Positions 38,227-49,809 of a stretch of DNA of 64,000 nt are shown in pieces. The stretch lies in assembly GCA_964035545.1 (NCBI GenBank), contig OZ037770.1, positions 3,938,662 through 4,002,661 on the forward strand, written 5' to 3'. Each line of letters opens with the position of its first letter. Positions within the stretch are counted from its first letter, which is position 1. The stretch is from Bugula neritina. Lineage: Eukaryota; Animalia; Bryozoa. The notes under the pieces are model-generated. The model was not told the origin of the DNA, did not search any database, and was given only the letters and a program-made list of their open reading frames with translations. Made by a program: the position numbers and the translations under genes.

Positions 38227-41200
38227 CTGTAGAGTAAGTAATGACTAGTAAGATTGTTTATCAATTCACTGTTATAGCTGAGCCAAGATGTAAATATTGT
38301 ATCCTACTTGTAACAAATATGAACAGCAAACACTTTGGGAATTGTCTACCACCGTCTTATCATATAGCATATAGCAGTACAGTGGCACTAGTTATTAGCA
38401 AACTACAAGAACATATATTGACAAGGAAAAGAAACTATAGAGCTAAAGAAATTGTAAGAACAAAAGCTACTAGTTAAACTAGAGAAAACTAGGAATGACG
38501 TTCTGTTACTAAAAATAGTAGATATCTTTTTTCAAAGGATAAAAGAGTTCCAACATAAAAATGGACAAAATGATATGATGAGAAATCATATTTTAATTTC
38601 TTAAATAAAATTGAAATATCAAAAAAGTTTGTGATTTTTAAACTCACATGCTGAAAGAGAGTGTAGAGATTACGGTGACAGGCATGTTTGTAGATTGAAG
38701 ATACTAGAGCTCTAATCATGGGAGATCCATACTCAGGATGTCTCTTTGATGCTAAAATAAAATTGAATGCAGTCAAAATACAGGTCAAGATAGACCAACT
38801 CTAACACGTTTTAGTTTTAGTGGAACATAAAATTTTTAATCTCAAGTTTCTGGAAAATACTATCCTCATTTTGATGCTGCAATAAAAGTATATGTAGCTC
38901 AAATTATGGTGTAGCCAGAGCAAGTTTAATTTTTTTTATTGCTGTTTAGTTTTTAGCATTAGCAAGCAATATGGCTAGTACACGGAAAAGCTTACATAAC
39001 ATGGTCAAATTAACTTTAGGAAACAAACTTTTAGATTGACAAAAACTAAAGCTGCGCACACTTATCACACTAATGAATAACTGTCTCCTGCTATACTTAC
39101 AGCAGACGTTACTCTTCAGAACAAGAAGATCATCTATATCCCGTACAGTTCTACACTCTTCTATTCTAGGTTCTGGTGGTGAGACTGGTCTACTGGGTCT
39201 TATTATACTGGGTGTTTCAGGATATACAATATCATCATTAGCTTCAAAATGTGTAGAAGAGACAGCTTCAGTTTCTTCTTCTTGAGCTGCTGCAAGACCT
39301 GATCTCTCTGGATTCGCATCAATGTCTGCTGCAAAACAAACATTACAAATATCTTAACTGTGTGAGCTAAACAATCTCGAGACACCCAGTTGCTCAAGCA
39401 TCAAAACTGTGAATCAAGTTAAACTGCATGTTGATTAGATGAATAGTCTCTGACAGAAAGTCTTCACTAGTTTAACCATTGAACTAAAAGTTCCAGTTTT
39501 TACCACAAAACAACTACCTCCACTGCTGGCTTCCAGGATGACAACTTTAGGTTTTCTCTTCATTCTATCGAAATACAAAGGAGTGAGTAAATCACACAGG
39601 TCAGTGAGGTTGACCTTCTTTAGGTCAGTTCCATAGATGCAGTTTTCTTCCCCACCATGAGTCATGACAACCAGTATATGACATCCCAAGTCTTTGTGTG
39701 TTTCTTTTTTCACCTCAGTCTTTACAGTAGACAGCATTTCCTACAAATTTGAAAATATATGTATATAACTAATGGTGTAAATTCACTTCATTTTAAGTTG
39801 GTAAATGACTGCTATTATAGATTTATGCAATGCAAACAAAAAGCTGTCTCATCTACCTATCAAAAGACCAAACAGTGAACCAAAATCAACAAGCCCTCGA
39901 AATTTTAATGCAGCTTTAGAAAAATTCTAAAAACAATAAGAAAAACATAATTTAGTGAATGTAAAAGACAAATTTTATTTTGTTAAAACATTTTACAGTC
40001 TTCAAAAATATTTGATAAAAGAACAAAAAGACATTATATATAAAAATCTACTTTCACCATAATAACATACCTCTGCTGTCAGGTCTGTCTGTGTCTCAAC
40101 ATCAAATTTGAGAGATTTCAACATGACAGACATGTTCTCAACATCAGCATCTGAACCTTCCCTGCATAAGTCTGGTCTTTCAACAAAGTTCTTGTTGTTT
40201 ATTATCAGAGCTTTTCCTCTCTCTCTAGTCATACTGAACACCTGGATACAAGTTTATTTAGAATATCACATACAGTAGTGACACACATGAGCCAAAGTCA
40301 AGAGTATAACAAAGATAGTGGCAAGCTTTTAAAATAAATAGTAATGGTGTGGTGGATTTGCATAATACAATAATGTAAGAATTATTTTCCCTCTATTTGG
40401 GCAATACTAATAGTAATGGTGTGGTGGATTTGCACAATACAATAATGTAAAAATTTGGGGAATACTAAAGGATACATTCATATGGGAAAGGTCACGGCAG
40501 ATCATCCAATGAGGAGGACTTGAAGGCGAGCTCTTGGCAAGTGAGAGTTAGGTTGTTGTGAGCGAGGGCTCGTATTGAATGGACGCATTGTATGGCTATT
40601 GTACTAATGTAGTTTAGAGTGATGTTTCGTATTGTGTTTAATTTGAATAATAAAAGCTAATATCCGGCTACTACCACGAGTGATTGATTAACTAGAAGTG
40701 AATACTAACTGCACACAATAAGACCCACGCACTATAATTGCAAAATTATAACAATAGGTAATTTAGATCTCAAGATGCCATATATGATGGTTCCAATTTC
40801 TAGGTCTGCCAAACAGCAGTAAAACACTCTCTTAATTGCAAAATCAATTTTTATTTTTACGTTAAGTTTTAAGTTTGTTTTTTTTAGGTAATGTGAACTA
40901 ATCAAACTCTTGTTTAAGACACCAGTTGTCATTTTTTCCAACAAAACATGTAAGTAGTCAATGTAAGTATGCTGGTTATTTTTACAAAAGTCATTCAAGA
41001 TATTATTGAAGTTACAAAATACGAGTTATTACACTGCATGATTCTACGTTATTGAAAATAGCTTATACTTAACGTTATGTTTTTACAAACCAAGTATGTA
41101 TTGGAAGGCTGTAGAATTAAATAAAGACAATTTATGGCTATAGTATAATTTGTTTGCATATAACACTTTACTGGAACTAAAATAGACCATAGTTTTTTTA

Positions 41201-44200
41201 TGTAAACAAAATTTTTAAAACCGAACCATCTGCAAAACATTCACTTAGCTTACAGATACAATTGATTGCAATAGAAAATTATAGTAAATTCAACTTCAAG
41301 CTTAAAGGTCACAAAAGAAATCATGCTATAAAGTGTTTGCCCCACTAGGATTACTCTATGGCCGTAGGAGTTACTGGGAAATCCTAATCCTTCATTCCAA
41401 GCAATTCTTTTGGCCTCGATTTACAGCTCCTTCAGTCTGCAGCTTCTCTTAGCCTTTGACATCTCTAGAAGTACTGCTACTACTACTCTTTACAAAAGGT
41501 CAAAAGAACCCAAAAGAATTGCCCCCTCCCTATTGGAATTCAAATGGCAGAAGTCCAGCTTTCAAGCATGCAAGGCAGGATAAACATTACACCACAAGGA
41601 CTAATGAGTAATCTCCACACAACAGATGCCTCCTAACCATGACAACCAATTGAACTCAAACTAATAAAAGCAGAGCAGAAACTATTATGGCTAAACCAAA
41701 AAAGATAGGTATAGTAAAATAATATACTTTGAAGATTTGCATTGAACAACTGAACATGACAATCTAGTAAAAGGAGTTTTTAGAAACTGAAATACTCTAC
41801 TTGGTAGAGAAATGAGAACTGCTATAACTTATGTTCAGCAGGTGATAAATTCACCTTGTCAGTGTTTGAGAAGAGTTGTTTTATCTTTGGGTTGGTTGTT
41901 GGCTTTAGTTCAAGTTGTATTAACTTCATGCCTTTTTCAGGTTGCAGATTGTCATCATCATCAGAGAGATCACTCAGACCATCATCATTTAATTCATCTA
42001 CAGTCACATGATTAAACAGATTGTTTTCAAAATTTGAAACCATAAACTACACATCTTGCTTATACAAGAGAAGAAGCAATTAAGTTCCGAGATCACAATT
42101 AGATATGATTTGTAGGAAAATATAGGGCAAACTTTGCAAAGCCTATAATTTTACCAATACTGCGGGTATAAAAAGTTAGTTATGTCTAAAAAGTTTACCA
42201 TTTGATTTGTTCTGCTCTCTTCGAATTTTGAGCTCAGAAAGAAACTTCTTCAATTGATTTGTTTCTGCTTCAGACAAAGTCTCACCTGAGCAAAACAGAT
42301 TGAATTAGTAACATTAAAACTAGATGAGAGCTATTACAAAATATGAGACATAATCAAAAGCTCATGTATCAAGTTTACACTTTATAAGTTAGCTTAGAAG
42401 TTCATTAAAGTAGCTGTGAAGTTTGCTAATGTCCATCTAGCTGTTATTAAAATTCATCAATGCCTGGAAAACTATTTAAAAACATTTGGGAAAAGCAATC
42501 AAAAGTGAATCATAGTTGTAAACATACATGGATGAATTAGAGCACTGGGTATCTCTTCATCGTTACACAATATTTTTGAAGATCCATGACACTTCTTGAC
42601 ATTTGGTGGCAGTTGGTTTTTTAGAGAACGGAAACACCATTTAGGATGCAAAAGCTTTTTAGGGCAAGAAACCCCCAGTAGCATGCAGTGAGCACAGATG
42701 CAGGCAGTGACTGGTCGACTAGCAGTCCAAGTTTCCATCACATGTTTGAGAATGTTGTTTGTGGCTGATATGACTTTCTCCCACATCCTGGAAATGTGAG
42801 GAGCATCGGATGACACGTGGAGTGAGACTCTTCTAGATTCATAGTCATGTGTCAGCTGTGTGTATGTTTCATCTTGATAGACAGTAGCTCCATTTCTCTT
42901 CACCTTCATTGTGGCAAACTCTTTAGAAAACAGTTCTAGCAAACCAACTGTCATTTGATGGTAGACATGCTGCGGTAAAGCCAGGCCCTTGAACTTTATC
43001 TCAGTGTGAAGGACCATATCCTTTGGTGAAGTGTATGACACACCGGTATGTTCCTTAGCAAACTGAGGGATGATGAAGTACGGTTCATGGACATCATTTT
43101 CCAGAGGGCCATACAACAAACGGAATGTTCTAAGCAAGCGAACAGCAGTTTCAACATCATGGAAGTTTTTGAATAATGTTTCCTTTGCAATCAAATATGT
43201 TAGAAGAGATTTCATCATCAAGCCCGTTGTTTTGAAGCAATTCACAGACTCTTCAAACTCTTCTGTTTCAATTCTCAACCCTTCTTCGGAAATGCATGAT
43301 TGGAAGTGATCAACTCTTTTCTGCCAGATCTCTGGGTCATGATGATACAAGACACATAGTAGTTTGGTAACTTCTGTGATCTTGTGAAATATGTATGGTT
43401 TGAGTGCTTCAATATTTTTATACCAGAGAACTTTGCCGCAGTCATGCATGTATGTGAGAATTGTATCTAGCTGATGTGGCTCAACCTCAAAGCCTTCTTT
43501 TGTCAATTCCAACAGAATCAACCAGAAAGAGCTAAATGCTCCGGTCAAAGACAAAACTTTCTCATTCACTTCTTCCCAGATCAGTGGCAAAAGCTTAACA
43601 AAGTGCTGACTACTTAGAAGAAGCGAGCTCTTTATCATTTCAAACTCAACATACTTTTCATCCTTTCCAATCTCATAAACATCTTCACTGGCAAAAACCT
43701 TTCCATTTGACGAATTGAAATGCTGTATTTTCGAGAAATTTCCATCTGAACTTTTCTCTTCATTGAGAACTTCTTTGCAAAGCTGTTCAGATATGCTAAG
43801 AAAGCTTTCTTTAAGCTGTTGAAACTGTTCACTCTGAAACTTATCCTTGTGTGTGAAGACAAGCTTAGGTGGGCCAAGAGACGGATGGGCTAGATAGAGG
43901 TGAGACATGAAGTCAAAGGCCAGCTTTCTGACAGCCTCTTTCTTTGTAAACTCATTTGAAATCTGATCATACTGCTCCATGTTGACAACAATTACCGGTA
44001 CACAATTCTGTCTCAGTGTTAAATGGTATGTGATATGGTAAACTTCTTGGCCTCCCATATCTATGAGACGAAGTGTTGTACCATCCACTTCTATCTCCTC
44101 CACCTTAAACACTTTTGTTGTCTCATCATACTCTGCATTCGAACTTCTGTCAGTCAGAACTCTCCTCCTGTCAGTGCTCTGTAATGTTTGAATTAGACTG

Positions 44201-47200
44201 GTTTTACCTGCCATGGTGTTCCCCAACACCACTATTGTAGCAAATGGCAGGTTCCTACCAGCACCCTTAACCAAATCTGTGTAGTATTGTCGCACAGCAT
44301 CTAATCCTTTAATACAGACTTCTAGTGGAGGAGATGTAAGAGCATTGCATTCATATGTTCGCAGTGTATGGAGACGTGTTAGCTGTAGTATCTCAAGGTT
44401 CAAGGATGTCATGGATTTGTTTTTGGATATATTCAGTGTGTGCAGATTACCCAATGCACACACTGAAGATGGTAGACTGGTGAATTTATTGGAAGATATG
44501 TGTAGTATCTGTAACTTTTTTAGATTCTGTATCCTAATAATATATTACATTCATATTATCAGCACATATTAGAGGTTAGTGAGATCTAATTATAGCTGTC
44601 ATAAATCTACAATGATAGTAAAGCAATTATACACAGAATGTAGACGTGTGAAGTGGCAATGGCTACAGTGACCTTATTATATAAAAACCTTTAAAGTAGT
44701 ATGGGATATAATTGTAATTCTAGAATTTTTATTTATTGATATTCTCACAATTATCAAGTGTTATTTTTGATATTCCAAATCATTTACAACACTACAACTA
44801 CAAATAATTGGTAAACGATATTAAAGAAGTATTTTACTGGCACAATTCATAAGGCTTCCATAAACAATGTTATTTTATATAACATGTAGTCAAGTATAAC
44901 TGCTTACACTGATATTTTATTAGATATAAATATGTACTATATATAATACAGTTAAAATCAAACTATATAAAGGCGAAGTTATTATGTATGAGTTTGCATG
45001 AAGTATTACAGAAAGTATGCCAGGGAAAAACACGATACTCAGCATTACACTTTAACAAACAATGCTAAGAAATACACATTAATAGTTGTTGAATAGAAAG
45101 TTCAATTTTTATCAACTTTGCTATATGATGAACAACAAGTTTAGGGTACCATTTTACTATCTTGCAGGGATATTACGTGTGCATTCTTTAAAAGATAGTT
45201 TTGTAATTTGAAAATGAAAGCGAATTATTGAACGTATTATAGATATGAACAACTTGTTATGTATACACCATTTCGAGCTTTACAGAAGAGAGGTATGAAC
45301 ACCATAATGTAGTTTAACTGTTTTGACTATTTTGCTAAAATTGTTTCCAATGGTAAGTCTATTGTGACACACAAACCTTTCGGGTAGATTAGATAAATTA
45401 CAGTTCACCATATCTAACTCCTCAAGTGATGTGAGTGATGACACAACTTCTGGTACTGTGTTGAGAGGATTCCTTTTTATGTCTAGTTTCTCTAACTGAG
45501 TCAGCTGACATAGACTGTAATATAAAGCTTATGATATATACATTTCATATTATAGAATTGAAAAAAACATTGCATTTCACATATTCTTCAATCATACAAT
45601 AACATACCATAATACTACTTGGTAAGCATATAAAGATATCAAATATAGAATGTTTCAAACAATACAAAAATATTGTGACACAAACCTCTCAAGTAGAGTA
45701 GATAATTTACATATCACCATATCCAACTCTTTAAGTGATGTGAGTGATGACACAACTTCTGGTACTGTGTTGAGAGGATTCCCTCCTATGTCTAGTTTCT
45801 CTAACTGAGTCAGCTGACACAGACTGTAATATAAAGTGTATGATATATATGTAGTCTGCATTACTATAATATTTTATACTATACTCACATTTTGTTTTCA
45901 ACCAGATAAAACTATATACAACTCAACTACCAAGCAACTTATTGCAGCATAGTACATGCAGAGCATGAGATGTTAACAGTTTATTATAATAGTGTAAAAG
46001 TATTCAATTATTATATATACCCAGTGTGTGAATACTAATCAACTATACAACTGCTTACTATTATTTATATTTTTATAGCAAAAGAATATATAATGGCATA
46101 TACCTTAAATTCTGTTATTTACACCGTATTACAGACCATATTTCATATGGAATTCAAAAAAATTGCATTTCACATATTTTTCAATTATATAATGACATGC
46201 CCTAATTATACTTGGTAAGAAAGTCTTTTATGATTTCAAGTATTAAATGTTTCAAACAATACAAAAACTGGGACAAACAAACCTCTCAGGTAGAGTAGAC
46301 AATTTACAGTTCCACATATTCAACTCTTTAAGTGATGTGAGTGATGACACAACTTCTGGTACTGTATTGAGAGCATTCCATCTTATGTCTAGTTTCTCTA
46401 ACTGAGTCAGCTGGCACAGACTGTAATATAAAGTGTATGATATATATGTAGTCTGCATTACTATAATATTTTATACTATATTCACATTTTGTTTTCAACC
46501 CAGTAAAATTATATACAACTTAACTACCAAGCAACTTATTGCAGCATAGTACATGCAAAGCATGAAGAAATATCAGTTCATTATAATAATGTGAAAGTAT
46601 TAAATTATTATACTCAGTGAATACTAATAAACTAAAAATAACTGCTGACTATTCACTAAATTTTATAGCGCAAGAATATATAATGGCCTATCTTAAACTT
46701 ATGTTATTTCCACCATATATACAAACTACTACATATATATAAATTCCTTTAAAAAAGTACATTTCATGTTGCAGAGCATGAGAAGTTAACAATTTATTAT
46801 AATAGTATACAAGTATTCAATTATTATATATACTCAGTGCATGAATACTAATCAACTCTACAACGGCTTACTATTATTTACATTTTATAGCACAAGAGTA
46901 TATAATGACATACCTTAGAACTGAGTTATTTTCACAATATTACAGACCATATTTCATATTGAATTCAAAGAAATTGCATTTCACATATTTTTCAATTATA
47001 TAATGACATGCGCTTATTATACTTGGTAAGAAATTATTTTACGATTTCAAGTAATAAATGTTTGAAACAATAAGAAACTGTGACAAACAAACCTTTCAGG
47101 TAGAGTAGATAATTTACAGCTCCTCATATTCAACTCTTTAAGTGATGTGAGTGATAACACAATTTCTGGTACTGTGTTGAGAGGATTCCAGCCTATGTCT

Positions 47201-48979
47201 AGTTTATCTAACTGAGTCAGCTGACGCAGACTGTAATATAAAGTGTGTAACATATGTAGTCTACTGTATCATATATTGACATATTCTGTACTCAGCTATA
47301 ATGTAAATTTTGTAGTAAACAATTTTGTTGAGACAGGGTAAGCAGCAAAAAAATCCTATTATGTCATGTTATAGGTGTAATGGATGCCCTGTGTAGAATT
47401 GAGTGATTAGATGTACAATATATGTATAAAGACATCCTGTAAGTTTAATAGATAAGGGCTACATCTACAATGTATTGCTAATATATAGTATGATTTATAA
47501 TAATGAATGGTTTAATTTGTTATAGCTAATCTGACACAAATTAGCATGTATTTAATACTTCGAAAATCTTTTATTTTTTAGTATATGGCTACATATAATA
47601 TGCTTATAATATATTATGTATTGCAGACAAAAACCTTCTGTATAATCCTACATGTATACATGTACTGCAATAATATTTCACTCCTGTATCCAACTACATA
47701 AAAATGTTTTAATTTATGATAGCGTGTGTAACACTACAGACAGTTTCCCACTGTCTAGTTTCTACAACTCGTTTAGCTGGGAGAGATACAATGTTATACA
47801 TATTACTATAGCTTTATATAGTGCATGATTACATCTTGAGTAAGAATATACTTCAGTATTGACTCAGACACATCGTGGGTGATACTTACTACAACTAAAC
47901 TCATTTACCATTTACACAGCTATCATAATAGACACTTACTTGTCTAGACTTGCTCTGTCATTCAGGTCAGAAACACGTAGACGCAGGGCTTTACCAGCAA
48001 TCTCTCCAATGTTGTTTGGAATTCTCCCTTCCAGTTTCAAATCTGTGATATCATAACTCTCAACTTCACGTTTCACTTCAGCAGTAGTATACGACTTGTT
48101 ATTAAGTCTCCATACATCTGACCAGCTTACAGGAGGCTGTCCAGAATGTCTGAACCAGATTCTCATATTCTCTGTAACATCATACAATGACAGTGTAATT
48201 ATTACACAGCGCTAGCAGGTGATGCCTGTCATTCTGAAACCTGTCACATATATCTATTATTTGCTGTGTGTCGGACACTATAGCTATATGTAGACATGTC
48301 TGGCTACTTTAGGTTTACGAAAGTAAAATCTGCAAATTTAAAATGATCTCTAATTCCCTGAAAACAACTGCTCTGTGTAAAATCTTTGAAATTATGCTGC
48401 TTCGGTTTCAATAAAGACCCTTTTAAATAATGTTGACATATATTCTACATTGTATAAATATATAAAGACATTTTAAAATCGATGAATTTAAAGCAGACAA
48501 AAACACGCTGAATTATCATTTCACATCCACGCATGCACAAAAAAGGTACGAATAGCAACATCAAGTTAAAACTTTCTATATCTGACACTGCATACTTTCT
48601 ACCCTATGAGTCACACAGCCAATGTTTACAGGATAATTCTAGAAACACATGGACTAGTATATAGTTAGAACACTTTCTGATAGTGAGATATATAGAACTG
48701 ATTATTTGAATGTTACTCATATTTTTACTATAGAAACAAGCAAACCATAGAAAAGTTTTTGAAAACTCTTGTCTCAATAGGTAAAACTTTTACTAGTCTT
48801 GCTAAAATGAGATTCATACCCATGCAGAGCTGGTTTTGTTCAAACCTATATTCAAATAAATGCTAAGTATTGTCTAAATACAAATAGTAACAACCAGTAG
48901 ATAACTTTGGTTGAAAGCAAAACTTGTAACTTGGCTTTTCAACAAAAATTTATTAAAACAACTCACCATCTGTTGCCAT
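38077..48979 (-). CDS. Gene B: complete spliced LRR-ROC-COR-(pseudo)caspase protein, ~1273 aa. Coding exons in transcript order: 48967-48979, 47940-48171, 47093-47230, 46283-46420, 45686-45823, 45377-45514, 42528-44533, 41855-41997, 40071-40241, 39518-39740, 39101-39328, 38648-38751, 38077-38226
   Basis: All introns are GT-AG with matching phases (1,2,2,2,2,2,1,0,0,1,1,0). Summed length is 3822 nt with no internal stop. Start is in Kozak context ACCATGG (MATD|ENM...). Recognisable LRR, ROC (GNTMAGKT, DMGGQ, THKD), COR and caspase motifs. Confidence 0.8.
38648..38751 (-). CDS. Caspase exon 4 (SKRHPEYGSPMIRALVSSIYKHACHRNLYTLFQH)
   Basis: S.R....GS..I..L p10 motif. ttttag|CA and CAT|gtgagt. Confidence 0.88.
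39101..39328 (-). CDS. Caspase exon 3: intersubunit linker and start of p10 (ADIDANPE...DIDDLLVLKSNVC)
   Basis: Open 228-nt phase-1/1 exon, NAGNAG acceptor (tttgCAGCAG), donor T|gtaagt. DDLLVLKS resembles p10 aDfLvayS. Confidence 0.8.
39518..39740 (-). CDS. Caspase exon 2 with catalytic His (VMTHG) and degenerate catalytic motif KPKVVILEASSG
   Basis: MTHG...IYGTD and KPK...EASSG align to caspase SHG/QACxG. tgtag|GAA and GGAG|gtagtt. 223 nt. Confidence 0.92.
40071..40241 (-). CDS. Caspase exon 1 (VFSMTRERGKALIINNKNF...REGSDADV...LTAE)
   Basis: Classic caspase p20 N-terminal motifs (RG.ALIINN.NF, R.GS..D). tccag|GTG and GAG|gtatgt. 171 nt. Confidence 0.92.
41855..41997 (-). CDS. Gene B acidic linker exon between COR and caspase (YELNDDGLSDLSDDDD...SNTDK)
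   Basis: Phase-1 acceptor ctgtag|AT matches the COR donor, and phase-0 donor AAG|gtgaat matches caspase exon 1. Conserved in copy A (1-34). Confidence 0.75.
42528..44533 (-). CDS. Gene B large exon: 3 LRRs + LRR cap (LTSPPLEVC) + ROC GTPase + COR domain
   Basis: ORF 42499-44463. P-loop GNTMAGKTS, IDMGGQEVYH (Roco WDFxGQ-like), VFTHKD (G4), COR with terminal CICAHC. Acceptor tattag|G at 44533, donor CCAT|gtatgt at 42528. 2006 nt. Confidence 0.93.
45377..45514 (-). CDS. Gene B LRR cassette exon B-L1 (LDIKRN / LDMVNC)
   Basis: 138 nt, tacag|T...AG|gtttgt, two 23-aa LRRs. Confidence 0.9.
45686..45823 (-). CDS. Gene B LRR cassette exon B-L2 (LDIGGN / LDMVIC)
   Basis: 138 nt, same splice signals, open frame. 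Confidence 0.9.
46283..46420 (-). CDS. Gene B LRR cassette exon B-L3 (LDIRWN / LNMWNC)
   Basis: 138 nt, same splice signals, open frame. Confidence 0.9.
47093..47230 (-). CDS. Gene B LRR cassette exon B-L4 (LDIGWN / LNMRSC)
   Basis: 138 nt, same splice signals, open frame. Confidence 0.9.
47940..48171 (-). CDS. Gene B N-terminal exon (ENMRIWFRHSGQPPV...RASLD)
   Basis: ttacag|AG acceptor, AA|gtaagt phase-2 donor compatible with the LRR exons. ORF conserved in copy A. Confidence 0.8.
48967..48979 (-). CDS. Gene B first coding segment (ATG GCA ACA GAT G)
   Basis: ACCATGG Kozak context, G|gtgagt donor, identical in copy A. The exon extends to an acceptor at ~49043. Confidence 0.7.
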
Positions 48980-49809
48980 GGTTACTAAAGTTTTTACTGC
49001 TGATTTATTTCAATTCTGTAAATCTGAAGGTTGGTAGCTCCACCTGTACAACAGGTATAAAATAAAAAGTATTATATAAATCATTGCTACATAGAATAAA
49101 CCAATGTACATGCCGATTTCTATAAGGAGTAGATGTATATTCAGTCAAGAAAAATAAACTTAAGTAAACCATAGGTATTTACTTATGTATGTATTTATGT
49201 ATGTAGGTATTTAGGTGTGTACGAAGTTAGGAATGTAATACGTCTATAGGTATGTATGTATTTATGTATGTATGTATTCATGTATGTAGGTATTTAGGTG
49301 TGTAGGTATTTAAGTATGCAGCTATGTGGGTATTTAGGAATGTATGTATTTAAGTATATGTATATATATTTAGGTGTGTATGTATTTAGGTATGTAGGTA
49401 TTTAGGTATGTAGGTATCTGGGTGGGTATGTAAGTCTGCAAACTCTTACTGACACAGTATACAGCTGCCTACTCGGTCACCTTAATTGTAGGAGGGAACT
49501 AGGTAACTCATCTGGCTGGACTGTGTGACAGCAGATATGACTTTGAATCAATACTCTGTATTTCTCTGTCTCACTGCAATATGAATAATTTACAAATTGT
49601 ACTGAAGTCTTAAAATGAGTGTAATAGAGATTTATATAATCTAGTCCTCTATAATTAGTTCATATAATATTTTATGCTTAACTAACTTGAAAATTTGCTG
49701 ACCTAAAAAAATGATACATTGGCTGTGATATTACTTGTAGCTGCCATTATTATGCACTTTAAATAATAAACTATGTAATAGTCAACAGTTAGTTATATAC
49801 CTATTCTAT

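Noticed and set aside
40338-40735. Possible independent caspase promoter or first exon in the linker-caspase intron
   Set aside because: It looks like an LTR-like insertion with a short (~45-bp) duplication 70 bp apart. No ATG-bearing exon with a suitable donor was found, although this cannot be excluded without transcripts.
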